Shown piece after piece: positions 8,444-18,177 of a DNA stretch of 42,961 nucleotides. The notes beneath the pieces are model-generated. The model did not search any database. It saw only the letters and a list, made by a program, of their open reading frames with translations, and was not told where the DNA came from. Positions within the stretch are counted from its first letter, which is position 1. Every line of letters starts with the position of its first letter. A program made the position numbers and the translations under genes. The stretch comes from a virus (taxonomy: Duplodnaviria; Heunggongvirae; Uroviricota; Caudoviricetes), in the IMG/VR virus record IMGVR_UViG_2531839476_000018, one strand, 5' to 3'.

Positions 8444-9505
8444 TCATCCCCTTTGCAAAGCCGATCGCGTATACAGATCCGCCGCGCCACGCGCTTCGCA
8501 CATCATATCCATGTACCACGCCTGGCCCCTTGTGTCGCCAGTGTACATAATCCCGCGCACAATATAAACGCCATCCGTTGCGATGCTGGCAGGCTGCGAT
8601 GTGGTGCCGCTTAGCGTGATATTTCCATCCGTGTTCTGGTCGGTGATCTGACCACCAGCCATCGCAATATCGTTGTTCGACAAGGCGGTACGATACACGG
8701 AAGCCTGATCCAGCTGAATAAGTCCGTTAACCCGGATGTTCGGATTAATAAGCGCGCGGACGTTTACGCCGTTACCGATAGTCTGCTGCGGCATGCCAAT
8801 AAGCCCGGTAGCGCTGTTGAGCACAATCGCTTCATGAACATATTCGTTATTCGCCACCATCTGGCGCTGACCGTCCACGAATTGCCATGTTGTGCCACAT
8901 TGCCCGGCTACGTTATCCATTAGATGCCGCGTCATGCCAAAGAGTACCCGCCCCCGGGGGAATACAGTAGCAGGCATTTCAGGCGTCAGGCCTTCGGTCG
9001 CGCCTTTGGCTTCGAAGTCTTTCATCAGCGCACGGTTTACATCAGCGACCGTGTAACCGGCAGCCAGCGTCTGTGAGGTTATACTGGTGGCAAAAGCCAG
9101 ATCAGTATCTGCTGCCTGAATCAGGACGTAGGAATCAACCGGACTGTCTTTTCCTGTGACCGAGTAGCGAATTTCACCGCTGAAAATCAGTCCGTAGTTG
9201 CGGCCATCACTCTGACCCACGTCCGCCGCGTCAACTTCCCGCACGGTCCCGACGTCGCTTGCCGACACCTCCGGCGCGATACCGTCGTAACCGGCAATCA
9301 GACGCACTTTCGAAAACTCCTGCCCGGTGATTCGGTTCACAGTATCTGCCGAGAGGTTATAAATTTTGATAGTCCCTACCCGGGACGCGCTGCTGATGTT
9401 GAACCAGTCGATCGTAAAGGTGACTTTAAAATCACTTAGCTCAATTCCCTGACCGTTCCCGTCCACAAGCTGCAGCTCGAAATGTCTCATCCAGTTCTGT
9501 GACAT
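8444..9505 (-). CDS. Baseplate hub / late control D-like tail protein
   Basis: 353 aa, positioned between the tape-measure-proximal genes and the spike gene; family call by position and sequence character. Confidence 0.5.
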   Translation of the reverse strand: MSQNWMRHFELQLVDGNGQGIELSDFKVTFTIDWFNISSASRVGTIKIYNLSADTVNRITGQEFSKVRLIAGYDGIAPEVSASDVGTVREVDAADVGQSDGRNYGLIFSGEIRYSVTGKDSPVDSYVLIQAADTDLAFATSITSQTLAAGYTVADVNRALMKDFEAKGATEGLTPEMPATVFPRGRVLFGMTRHLMDNVAGQCGTTWQFVDGQRQMVANNEYVHEAIVLNSATGLIGMPQQTIGNGVNVRALINPNIRVNGLIQLDQASVYRTALSNNDIAMAGGQITDQNTDGNITLSGTTSQPASIATDGVYIVRGIMYTGDTRGQAWYMDMMCEARGAADLYTRSALQRG

Positions 9506-9507
9506 GC

Positions 9508-9810
9508 TTACTCCGTTGATACCAGTAAATGGCTGCGACCGCCCAGGTCAGTTTTTGTGGGGTAATCCTGTGTGTTGTCATCACAGACCACCACCAGCTT
9601 AAAACCAAGCCCCATACAGGCGTACTGCGCCAGCAGGTCAGCACCAGTGACGAGAGGAATACCGGAGATTACCGGCTCCCCTCTGTCGTTCTGCAGGTCC
9701 ATAATCCAGTACAGATCGCGCCATATGATGCTAATCCGCCAGGTGACACCACCCAGGACGATGCTGAACTGCTGGTTGTCCGCTGTCAGCGGAATTTCCT
9801 GAATTGTCAT
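9508..9810 (-). CDS. Tail protein (small, baseplate-associated)
   Basis: 100-aa ORF tightly packed in the tail operon. Confidence 0.4.
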   Translation of the reverse strand: MTIQEIPLTADNQQFSIVLGGVTWRISIIWRDLYWIMDLQNDRGEPVISGIPLVTGADLLAQYACMGLGFKLVVVCDDNTQDYPTKTDLGGRSHLLVSTE

Positions 9811-10397
9811 TAGCCGCCCCCCAGTAATGACGCCACGTTACCCGTGATGCTTTTCAGCAGTGAAGTATCTGGAGGTTTTGTGGTTTTGTTGCCGCTGTTC
9901 TGTACCGCCGACGTGCTGGCCCCTTCCTTCATGTTGGTTTTATCCGCGACGGTAATCTGCTGTGTCCGGGAGATAATGACCTCCCTCAGGGTGAGGACGG
10001 CGGACAGGACGTTTTCGGTTGTCTTGTCCGTCGTCACTTCCAGCGCCCGGATCAACATGTTGCTGTACAGCCGTTTACCGGTTACCACATCGAAGGGGAT
10101 ACGGCTTTCCTGCAGATCCAGTAGCTCCTGATACGTCTGCTGAGGACTCAGGCCGAGCAGGCTGGTAGCCGTCAGGTTACTGGCAAAATCCAGCAATGCG
10201 CCGCCACCGGCGAAACCAACCTCCATCACCACTTCTGACGGTTTTTTATAGGCATGATCAGCGACAGCGGCCCCGACCTCTACCGGATGCTCTGTTATTT
10301 CAAGCATATCTGTATGCTTCTCTGAAATAACAACACTGGGAACAATCATTCCTATTTTTCTGCTCTGCTGATGAAAAAGTGTAGAGAGAATATCCAC
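9810..10397 (-). CDS. Tail protein (tape-measure-distal baseplate assembly protein)
   Basis: 195-aa ORF whose start overlaps the tape-measure stop. Confidence 0.4.
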   Translation of the reverse strand: MDILSTLFHQQSRKIGMIVPSVVISEKHTDMLEITEHPVEVGAAVADHAYKKPSEVVMEVGFAGGGALLDFASNLTATSLLGLSPQQTYQELLDLQESRIPFDVVTGKRLYSNMLIRALEVTTDKTTENVLSAVLTLREVIISRTQQITVADKTNMKEGASTSAVQNSGNKTTKPPDTSLLKSITGNVASLLGGG

Positions 10398-12382
10398 TAA
10401 CCCACCCTCACCTGATTACTTCGCATGACCTGAGCATTTGCAGACTGTTGCCGACGTGCAACCTCATTACCGACAGCGTGCGGATCTCCGCCACCGTAAA
10501 TATGGTAGGTATTTTGCTGGTTAACCTCTGTCACTTTGCCACTAATTCCCGCCACGGCAGCCTTATTAATCAGCTCTCGAGAATAGATATTTCTTCCATT
10601 CTCATGCTGGATAATGCTGCTCATCAATGCTGACATGGTTTGCGGATCGCTCATATTCAGGGCAGCCCGGGGATCCACTCCCAGTCGTTGCGATACAGCC
10701 CTGATATACGCGGTTGTGTTGTTATTATCAGACGCAGGTGCCCAGGTAGAGATAATTTTCTCCACACTGTTTATTCCCCGTCCGGCGTACAGCATTAACT
10801 GACGAGCAAGAGCCCGTAATCCATCAAAAGCGGTTTCAAATCTGGCAAATCGCCCGCCCGGTCGTTCAAGAGAAGCCCCCGCCTGACCAGCAAAATTAAG
10901 GTTTCCCGGATTGTTATTCCGTTCTCCTCGCTTCGTAGCCTGTGCATGTTGTTCCGGCTCAGCACCTGGAATATCTGACTGAATATTTGCGCCTTTTACG
11001 GTATGAGGATTACGACCAAAATCGGTATCAATGCCAAGCCAGCGCAATGAATCTCCAATATTTTGTTTCGTGTAATCCCAGGATGACTTCGCACTGGCAC
11101 CAATATTTTCGCGATCGGAGTACAAATAAGCAGCATAAGCCATCCAGCCTTTTAACCATGGCGGTACCGGCAAACCAGATATTTTCCCGAAAGCCCCCAG
11201 AACCCTGGATACCCAGACACCCGCGATGAATGTACCGAGGATTTCCAGTGCATTTTGCCAGCCGCCAACACCATCTTTTAGTTCCAGAAGGTGATCACGA
11301 AGCCAGGTGATCGCATCCTTCGCTTTATCTATTGCCGGTTGCCATTTTTCCCAGTCGATAAGACTGTTACCGCCTTCTTTCCATGTTTTGTAGTCTTCCC
11401 ACAAGAGACCGAGAGCCACGATCAGACCGGTAATCAGCCCTATAGGTGACATCCAGAAAGTAGAGTTAAGTATCCGCATGGCGACAACCAGACCGCCGAT
11501 AACCTCTATCAGGGTTTTCGTTTCGGCATCCAGTTTCCCCCACCACTCGATGATATCTCCGACACCATCGACTATCCGAAATGCTACCCGCCCGACTATC
11601 TCACCCAGCCAGAGGATCCCCTTTATGACCTTTGTGATGGTGACTTCAATTTTGGGAAAATTTTCAATTATCTTTTTGCGCAGGTTATCAATCTGCCCCG
11701 CCAGTCCGCCCGCAAGATTCGATCCGATTTTGTCCCGCGCCATCCCGGCCATTTCACCGAGCGATTTCAGCGAGGTCATAAACCGGTTTGACGATAAGGC
11801 AGCCTGATCGGCATTAAATCCGATCGCTTTCACCATTTCTGAATACTGAGCGCTGAACTGCCCCACTCCGCGACGCATAGCCATCAGGGTATTTTCGTCA
11901 ATGCCCAGCATCTGCGCATACTGGTTAGCCCGGTAATACGGCATACCGCTGAGCTTCTGGCCTACACCTGTAAAAATAGCGGCCATGTCACGCATGTTGC
12001 CGCTGGCATCACGGGTCTGTACGCCCAGGCGATTCAGGAAGCCTTCCGCCCCGGGATTGTTACGAATAAACCGGGAGAGGCTTTCCAGAGAAGATCGCGC
12101 AGCGTCCACGCTGCCGCCAACCTGCGAAACCGCATAGCCAATAGACTGAATTCCCTGGACTGTCGCGCCGGTGCGCTGTGACGCCCAGTAAAGATTATCC
12201 AGACCGGAGGCGATCTTAGCCGTAAAGGCCACCACGGACAGCGCAGCTCCTTCAACAGCCAGCCCCATTTTGATGACATTTGCAGTTGTACCGGCGAGGA
12301 CAGAACCGAACTTTTTCGCTCCTGCATCATCCACACTGAAGCCAAGCGAGACGAGGAAATCTTTAATAGTTTCAGCGTTCAT
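10397..12382 (-). CDS. Tail tape measure protein
   Basis: Long, Gly/Ala-rich helical ORF of about 660 aa following the chaperone gene. The ATG at 12382 (MNAETIK) with a GGAGAGAGG ribosome-binding site is preferred over the upstream TTG at 12403 used by the ORF track. Confidence 0.8.
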   Translation of the reverse strand: MNAETIKDFLVSLGFSVDDAGAKKFGSVLAGTTANVIKMGLAVEGAALSVVAFTAKIASGLDNLYWASQRTGATVQGIQSIGYAVSQVGGSVDAARSSLESLSRFIRNNPGAEGFLNRLGVQTRDASGNMRDMAAIFTGVGQKLSGMPYYRANQYAQMLGIDENTLMAMRRGVGQFSAQYSEMVKAIGFNADQAALSSNRFMTSLKSLGEMAGMARDKIGSNLAGGLAGQIDNLRKKIIENFPKIEVTITKVIKGILWLGEIVGRVAFRIVDGVGDIIEWWGKLDAETKTLIEVIGGLVVAMRILNSTFWMSPIGLITGLIVALGLLWEDYKTWKEGGNSLIDWEKWQPAIDKAKDAITWLRDHLLELKDGVGGWQNALEILGTFIAGVWVSRVLGAFGKISGLPVPPWLKGWMAYAAYLYSDRENIGASAKSSWDYTKQNIGDSLRWLGIDTDFGRNPHTVKGANIQSDIPGAEPEQHAQATKRGERNNNPGNLNFAGQAGASLERPGGRFARFETAFDGLRALARQLMLYAGRGINSVEKIISTWAPASDNNNTTAYIRAVSQRLGVDPRAALNMSDPQTMSALMSSIIQHENGRNIYSRELINKAAVAGISGKVTEVNQQNTYHIYGGGDPHAVGNEVARRQQSANAQVMRSNQVRVG

Positions 12383-13012
12383 TATCCTCTCTCCATTTCT
12401 CAATGCGCCGCTGGTTATCCGCTTTTACCGCCAGATGGTCATTCAAAAGAGCAATATCGTACAAATCGACAGAGCCATCTTTAAGTGCTGTATAAGGAAT
12501 TAACCCGGCGTCAACCGGATTGAGAAGGTAGGACAGCCCGTCCGGCAGGCTGTTAAACGTCAGCCATGTTGCAGGCTCTGCGTCGTGCTGGTAAGGGGTG
12601 TAGGCAAAAAATTTCCCAGCGAATCGGCGACCACCCGCGCCACCAGCTGCAGCATGACCAGCAAGTCAATATCATCAAACATCAGTTCGCCCTGGGTAAA
12701 TACCGGAACCCATCCGTCCATATGACGCCGCGATACCACCGCAAGACAGGGATGAATAATCGCATCGGTGTCATCTTCGGTCAGGGAAGACAGTTCCTCA
12801 GCGATACGCGGGAGCATGGTTTCAAACACCGGTTTTAACTGCTCGAATTTCACGGTGTCGATTTTGCCATCAGCAGGCAAACGGGAGCGAATGCTCCCGA
12901 AATCTGACATCATTCCTGCCAGCACCGGCAGAAGTTTGCGGGTCACTTTCAGCTGATCAAAAACGCTGAGTTTTGCCGCGCGATATTTCACGCCTTTGAT
13001 TTCGAATTCCAT
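12372..13012 (-). CDS. Tail assembly chaperone: G product 12560-13012; predicted -1 frameshift GT product extending to 12372
   Basis: 150-aa ORF between the tube and tape-measure genes; the heptamer AAATTTT lies 14 codons before the stop, and the -1 frame stays open for 77 codons, ending at a TGA that overlaps the tape-measure start. Confidence 0.6.
12608..12614 (-). promoter_or_regulatory. Candidate -1 programmed ribosomal frameshift slippery heptamer (A AAT TTT)
   Basis: XXXYYYZ heptamer in the zero frame GGA AAT TTT TTG of the chaperone gene. Confidence 0.55.
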
Positions 13013-13015
13013 GTA

Positions 13016-13456
13016 TTAAAACTCCCCGAGAACCTGGTCAATCTTGCCGCAGTCAAACACCCACGGCATCGTATTACCGGTTTTAGCGTTGGCATTATCC
13101 GGTTGTTTCTGGAACGCAACACTACGTGCCGTGATGATGTCGCCGCTGACCTTGTTTCGGATCACAATAACGTTATTCCCCCATGTGGCAGAAGACTGGC
13201 TCTGTGCGTTATACGCCAGCGACAATTTTTTATTTGTCGGTGATGTCTTCAGAAGGTTAACGGTAATCGTCCCGCTTTTATCTGCATGGAGACTGTGCAT
13301 CACTTCGCCATCAGCACCGATGGTCATGGTGTTTTTAGGACCGCCCATCGCAACCACAATCCCCTCTTCAGAACTTGCAGAACCGTACCCGAGGTCAATC
13401 GAACCGGTCGGCCCGGTCAGCGTCGCAGTAACATCCATAAAAGAATAGGTAGACAT
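13016..13456 (-). CDS. Tail tube protein
   Basis: 146 aa, immediately downstream of the sheath gene. Confidence 0.6.
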   Translation of the reverse strand: MSTYSFMDVTATLTGPTGSIDLGYGSASSEEGIVVAMGGPKNTMTIGADGEVMHSLHADKSGTITVNLLKTSPTNKKLSLAYNAQSQSSATWGNNVIVIRNKVSGDIITARSVAFQKQPDNANAKTGNTMPWVFDCGKIDQVLGEF

Positions 13457-13466
13457 TCACTTCCCC

Positions 13467-14612
13467 TTAGCGAACAACGTTAATCTGTACGTCAGCGTAA
13501 TGAACCGCGCCTGCAAGTTTTATTGCAGCCTGAATCACCGGAGCCTTACGGGCTTCACGTTCTGATTGTGCCTGTTCATCCAGCGGCTGGGCGTATACGT
13601 AATAACCTTTGGGCAGCGTGTCACCTGATGACAACTGGCCAAGGTCGCCCCCGTTCCATACGCCCGGAGCAATCAGTCCATTCTGAACGGCCTGATCCAG
13701 TGATTTTTCAACATTTGATAACAGTCGGGTAATACCGGCTTCAGTCTGGGGAACTTTCGTGGTGCTGGTATAAAGCAGGTTATAGAGGTTGGTCTGCACA
13801 TAATTCTGTAACCAGTCCAGGCCGTGGCGTTCATCAAAGAAATCGCCGTTAGCCATCACTCCCTGCTGGAGGATAGCTGTATCATTCTGGTAGTACACGA
13901 ACACATTGCAGTTTTTTGCATCAAGTGCCGATGCCTGGCTGACTGTCAGTGTTTCATACCCGACACCCGGCTCCTGCTTAAACTTGAGCGTAATCGCGGT
14001 ATTACTGCCATTGAAATTAACCGTGAATGCCCGGCCAAATGCAGATAACGCAGCGTATTTATTACCCGATGAATACTGAATAAAACTGCGTGAATATCCG
14101 GCGGTTTTCAGTTTTGATGCCAAATCATCGCTGGATGCAGTCTGCAGGCATTTATCATCGCTTGTCGTAATCGCCAGAATACGGCTTACAGAAGAGGATT
14201 CGATCGCCGCAGCCACTTTCAGCCAGTCTGCATCCGGAATATCTTCATCGTCTGCAATCCCCAGCCCATACCATGAAGTATAATCGAGCATGGCATTCAC
14301 AGCCTGCTCCAGCGTCTCAGGCGTGGCCTGTTCGCTGTCTCCCTTCGTTTTCACCCAACGACCAACAAAAACCTCCTGAGGTTTCGGTGATTGAGAGAAA
14401 AACACCTGCGCAGCCTTATATTCTGGTGATTCCACGCCAAAATCTTTTCCAATATCTTCCGCGGCAGAATAACGGCGAATGCGCTCACTTACCGGAATGA
14501 TTGTGGACGGGCCGAGAATGAGTAATGCACCAAAATTTCGCCCTGATGCTGCACGCGGCGACATGATCACATCAACATTAACAACGTTTGATACAGGCAA
14601 GCCCTGTGCCAT
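13467..14612 (-). CDS. Tail sheath protein
   Basis: 381 aa upstream of the tube gene; contractile-tail gene order. Confidence 0.7.
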   Translation of the reverse strand: MAQGLPVSNVVNVDVIMSPRAASGRNFGALLILGPSTIIPVSERIRRYSAAEDIGKDFGVESPEYKAAQVFFSQSPKPQEVFVGRWVKTKGDSEQATPETLEQAVNAMLDYTSWYGLGIADDEDIPDADWLKVAAAIESSSVSRILAITTSDDKCLQTASSDDLASKLKTAGYSRSFIQYSSGNKYAALSAFGRAFTVNFNGSNTAITLKFKQEPGVGYETLTVSQASALDAKNCNVFVYYQNDTAILQQGVMANGDFFDERHGLDWLQNYVQTNLYNLLYTSTTKVPQTEAGITRLLSNVEKSLDQAVQNGLIAPGVWNGGDLGQLSSGDTLPKGYYVYAQPLDEQAQSEREARKAPVIQAAIKLAGAVHYADVQINVVR

Positions 14613-14615
14613 AGC

Positions 14616-15182
14616 TTAATCTCCGAAAAAGATGACTGGTGCTTCCACCAGCGATTTAATACCGTACTCGCGCACAACCTTCCGGCGCAGACGCACCGTC
14701 ATATCGTAGCGGCGGACCCATTGCTGATTAATAAGTTCAGGGAAGGGAGTCAGACCTGTGTAATCGCCAAGAGACAGCCCCAGCGCATTCAGTGCTGCAT
14801 TGTTCTGCGGCACAGATATACCGTCACGAAACCGGGACGCATACACCATCCCCGCCGGTCCATAAAACGAAGCCATACACTCAATCGTTTCATGCCGCCA
14901 GAGCTGAGAGCCATCATCGGTCTGTCTGGTGAATGCCGGACTGTCATCACCTGACCATCCGATAACCCCAAACGCACACCAGTTCGTTTCAACCGGTAGC
15001 AGTGGCGGCTGCTCTTTCTGCCAGCGCGGGCGAACCATCCCGGCAGACAGGCCGGAAACGTTACGCATCCACTGGCTTAACAGCCTGTCGAGCGCTTCGT
15101 CATAATCCGGATCGCCACTGGTTGGTATCAGCCATCCGAGCTCTGTACTGGTGTTATTGCTCAACCGGAGTTCCCCCATCAA
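14616..15182 (-). CDS. Virion structural protein (tail completion or sheath-associated)
   Basis: 188-aa ORF in the head-tail joining region; no specific motif recognised. Confidence 0.4.
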   Translation of the reverse strand: MMGELRLSNNTSTELGWLIPTSGDPDYDEALDRLLSQWMRNVSGLSAGMVRPRWQKEQPPLLPVETNWCAFGVIGWSGDDSPAFTRQTDDGSQLWRHETIECMASFYGPAGMVYASRFRDGISVPQNNAALNALGLSLGDYTGLTPFPELINQQWVRRYDMTVRLRRKVVREYGIKSLVEAPVIFFGD

Positions 15183-15543
15183 ACGGCATCAACTCACAAT
15201 GCGCCTGAACGAATCCGGCCCCATAAGCTGTATACGGGTCGACGAAGGTCACACGATAATCACGGCCCTGATACGTCACGATATCGGCATCACGCCCAGT
15301 CTGTCCCTGCGTCAGTCGCTCAGTCGTCACAATCAGAATTGCACCGCTGATTACCTGCCCTGCCTGCATACGGCGGTTTTCCAGAGAGCGATCAACAGTT
15401 ACGACTCCGGCAAACTGCTTTTTAACTTCACTGTCGCTACCGATCCCGTCCTCATCCACCGTTTGCACACGGCGTGTTACCCACAAATTGAAGTCGCAAA
15501 AATCGGGGTCAAAAAGCACATCTGTTACATCAAGAGTCGGCAT
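15154..15543 (-). CDS. Head-tail connector / neck protein
   Basis: 129-aa ORF; short overlaps with its neighbours are typical of this cluster. Confidence 0.4.
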   Translation of the reverse strand: MPTLDVTDVLFDPDFCDFNLWVTRRVQTVDEDGIGSDSEVKKQFAGVVTVDRSLENRRMQAGQVISGAILIVTTERLTQGQTGRDADIVTYQGRDYRVTFVDPYTAYGAGFVQAHCELMPFDGGTPVEQ

Positions 15544-16084
15544 CTTTATCCCTCACAACATGGGTAATAGCTCTGCGATATTGCCCGGTGTCAATTAATG
15601 GTTTCGCCAGATCGGTTCCGGGAGATTCGCCAGCAGCGCGCCGGGCAAGTTCCAGTGTTGCCCCCTTGCGCCCCCGACGAGCCCGGGCTTCAACAGTGCT
15701 GTCAGCAAGCGGCGTAAAGCCGGTAATGGTCATGTAACGCCTGACGCCATTAGCGGCCAGCGTTCCGGCACGGTTGAGTGCGCGTTCTGCTCCCGCAGCA
15801 TTACCATCAAGTGCAGCCTGCGCCGCGGCTTTGAGCTGCGGCACCGTCTGCTCTTCTGCCGATTTAACGCCGGGGACCAGGTGAGGTCGTGGCGGGATGT
15901 TCTGCTCTGGTGAGCCGTATTCGTTGAGGTAACCGATGCCCGCATTACCAAACGGAACATCATCCCGCCCGCTGTCTTCCGAAGGGATGCCGACCAGCAC
16001 ATCTTTTTTGGTTAACGACCTGAGCGCATCCAGAATGGCCTTAGCGTTATCCACCCTCGTTGTTACACCGCTTTTGAAACTCAT
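15530..16084 (-). CDS. Head-tail joining / virion morphogenesis protein
   Basis: 184-aa ORF in the connector cluster. Confidence 0.4.
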   Translation of the reverse strand: MSFKSGVTTRVDNAKAILDALRSLTKKDVLVGIPSEDSGRDDVPFGNAGIGYLNEYGSPEQNIPPRPHLVPGVKSAEEQTVPQLKAAAQAALDGNAAGAERALNRAGTLAANGVRRYMTITGFTPLADSTVEARARRGRKGATLELARRAAGESPGTDLAKPLIDTGQYRRAITHVVRDKDADS

Positions 16085-16488
16085 AGCTGGCGACCGCCTG
16101 CACCGAACATCGTGATCAACTGATAAAATTCAGCGCCATATCGGGTGTTATTCCAGAAACCTGCATCAGGATTCAGCGTCGCGCTGGTGTCATAGCTGAC
16201 GCTTACCTTGTCAACGGACTTGGAGGATTGAACACCATTGGTTGAACCGCCCGGGCCGCCAACCAGCATTGCCCGACTATCTGCCGCCCATAGCGTCATG
16301 TAGTGAGCCACGAACAACCCGGCAAAGTACGGAAACAACTTTTTTCCGGTGACGTTTTCGCTCAGCAGTTCATCGGCCAGATTCAGACGAAACTGGATTT
16401 GCGCTTCGGGATATTTGGCAGGGTCAGCAAACTGCGGGAAGTCGCGGCGAAAATCACTTACCGCTGGCAGACTTTGATTCTTTGGCAT
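16081..16488 (-). CDS. Head completion protein
   Basis: 135-aa ORF in the connector cluster. Confidence 0.4.
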   Translation of the reverse strand: MPKNQSLPAVSDFRRDFPQFADPAKYPEAQIQFRLNLADELLSENVTGKKLFPYFAGLFVAHYMTLWAADSRAMLVGGPGGSTNGVQSSKSVDKVSVSYDTSATLNPDAGFWNNTRYGAEFYQLITMFGAGGRQL

Positions 16489-16675
16489 TTTTTACCTCGT
16501 TACGCGCGTCTGTGGCTTTGCCAACGGATACCTCCGCGTGCGCACGAGTGAACCAGTGCGTGGCAACGTCTTCCTCCACAGCATGACGGCCTTTAAGAAA
16601 CTCGCGCCGTGAACCGTCGGGAAGCGTGAGCACAAACGGGGTATGTACGTGTATTACTGCATTATTTTTTGCCAT
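16454..16675 (-). CDS. Small protein downstream of the capsid gene
   Basis: ATG at 16675 ([14 protein letters not shown]...) with an AAGGA ribosome-binding site; the ORF-track extension to 16906 overlaps the capsid gene and is rejected. Confidence 0.4.
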   Translation of the reverse strand: MAKNNAVIHVHTPFVLTLPDGSRREFLKGRHAVEEDVATHWFTRAHAEVSVGKATDARNEVKNAKESKSASGK

Positions 16676-16715
16676 CAGGTCATCCTTAATGACCCCGCCA
16701 GGGGCCATGTGGCTG

Positions 16716-17657
16716 TTAAATGCCATCAACGTACGAAATGGTTTCTTTGTACACTGGCTCAACCGCACCCAGCTTGCCGTAGTAAGTGACGATCTGATAC
16801 AGACCGCGATACTGCACCGGCACGCTCTGAAGCGGAACCAGCGGGTAGCGGACGTATTTTTTATCGTTGGTGTACGCAACCATGCGATCCTTTTTCCCCA
16901 CACCACGGCCTTTCAGCCATTTAACCGCGCGGATATTCAGCGGAACACCGTTCTGGTGATAGCTGATGGTGTTGGTCTGAAGATACGTCAACAGGGACTG
17001 GTTACCCGCAGATGAAACGATGATGCTGGACAACAGAGCAAACTGCTCAGGCGGGATCAGCAAATCACGCGGAACCACAGAGTAACCGGAAGCGGCCCAC
17101 GCATCAGACAGCACCTGGTTAATGCTTGCGCGGATTTCGTCCGGTGTTGAGGTTGCCCACGTTTTGGCAGCGTTGTTGGCAGGAACACCGTCCAGGGTAA
17201 CAAGACCTTTCAGGTTTAATGCGGAATCGCCAACATACACCTGTTCATCGTTATCCATCTGCCATTTCAGTTGCATCCCGTCATACTTCTGCGTATCGAT
17301 CGGGCGTCCGACCTGCTGAGCAGCCTGCAATTCTATGACCGTCCAGCCAAGCTCCATCCCCCACAGGTTCAGCGGGTTACCGGATTTGCCGATATCCACG
17401 TTTACGCCAGCAATAGCGGTTGAGTCTTTGCCTACCCAGTTTTTGCCATTCGGATTTGCACCAGTACCCGCAGCGGCGAAGCTGGTATTCGTCCAGCTGG
17501 AAATGTCATCTGCGATAGAGACATCTTCACGCAACTGAATATCGCGGGTCCAGGTGTACCCCACCAGTGGCAGGTTCAGCGTCTGGTCGAGTCGCTCCAG
17601 CTCCCCGATGAGAAAGGCACCAGAGCTGTCAACGGTTGCCTGATCAAAAGTAATCAT
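16716..17657 (-). CDS. Major capsid protein
   Basis: 313-aa ORF following the scaffold and decoration-like genes. Confidence 0.65.
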   Translation of the reverse strand: MITFDQATVDSSGAFLIGELERLDQTLNLPLVGYTWTRDIQLREDVSIADDISSWTNTSFAAAGTGANPNGKNWVGKDSTAIAGVNVDIGKSGNPLNLWGMELGWTVIELQAAQQVGRPIDTQKYDGMQLKWQMDNDEQVYVGDSALNLKGLVTLDGVPANNAAKTWATSTPDEIRASINQVLSDAWAASGYSVVPRDLLIPPEQFALLSSIIVSSAGNQSLLTYLQTNTISYHQNGVPLNIRAVKWLKGRGVGKKDRMVAYTNDKKYVRYPLVPLQSVPVQYRGLYQIVTYYGKLGAVEPVYKETISYVDGI

Positions 17658-17668
17658 TCGTCTGTTCC

Positions 17669-18175
17669 TTAAATCTTCCAGGAAATTTCTGCATTGCCGT
17701 CAGCATCACCGGCACCTGTGAATTCAGCGTTGGTCAGCACCACGTTTTTGCCACTGACTGACGTGGACATGAATCCACCCAGCGGCACTTTGATGGATTC
17801 ATCAGTGGAGACGACAACGTATACCGGGTCGCCTTTTTTGATGGTGCTGGCATCAAAATCAGAACCGAGATTAACGGTCACGTAGCCACGCTTCATGGCG
17901 TCGCCCGGGAAGTTCTTGCCACTCCCCACCTGGCGAACCATGTCCGGCTGCGAAGTGGTCGGATAAGGGCGCACGTAGATCCCCTTCACCTTGTCTGCGG
18001 TATCACCATCTGCCAGCGGCACGAAAAAACCGTCATCATCGTATTTACCAGCCAGCCCATAAGCAGCGAAGGCGTTATCGGATTTAAGGACTACCGGTTC
18101 GACGGTTAAGTCCTGCGGGCGAGAGACAGCCCCGGCAATGCCAACAGGCATCCGGTACAGAAATACATTATTCAT
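17669..18175 (-). CDS. Capsid-associated protein (decoration or cement-like)
   Basis: 168-aa ORF between the scaffold and major capsid genes. Confidence 0.4.
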   Translation of the reverse strand: MNNVFLYRMPVGIAGAVSRPQDLTVEPVVLKSDNAFAAYGLAGKYDDDGFFVPLADGDTADKVKGIYVRPYPTTSQPDMVRQVGSGKNFPGDAMKRGYVTVNLGSDFDASTIKKGDPVYVVVSTDESIKVPLGGFMSTSVSGKNVVLTNAEFTGAGDADGNAEISWKI

Positions 18176-18177
18176 TT

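Noticed and set aside
10397-12403. Tape-measure start at 12403 as given in the ORF track
   Set aside because: Position 12403 is a TTG codon without a ribosome-binding site; the ATG at 12382 has a GGAGAGAGG site and coincides with the end of the chaperone -1 frame, so it is preferred.
16454-16906. ORF-track 150-aa minus-strand ORF extending into the major capsid gene
   Set aside because: The upstream portion overlaps the capsid coding sequence in another frame; only the 3' part from the ATG at 16675, which has a good ribosome-binding site, is kept.
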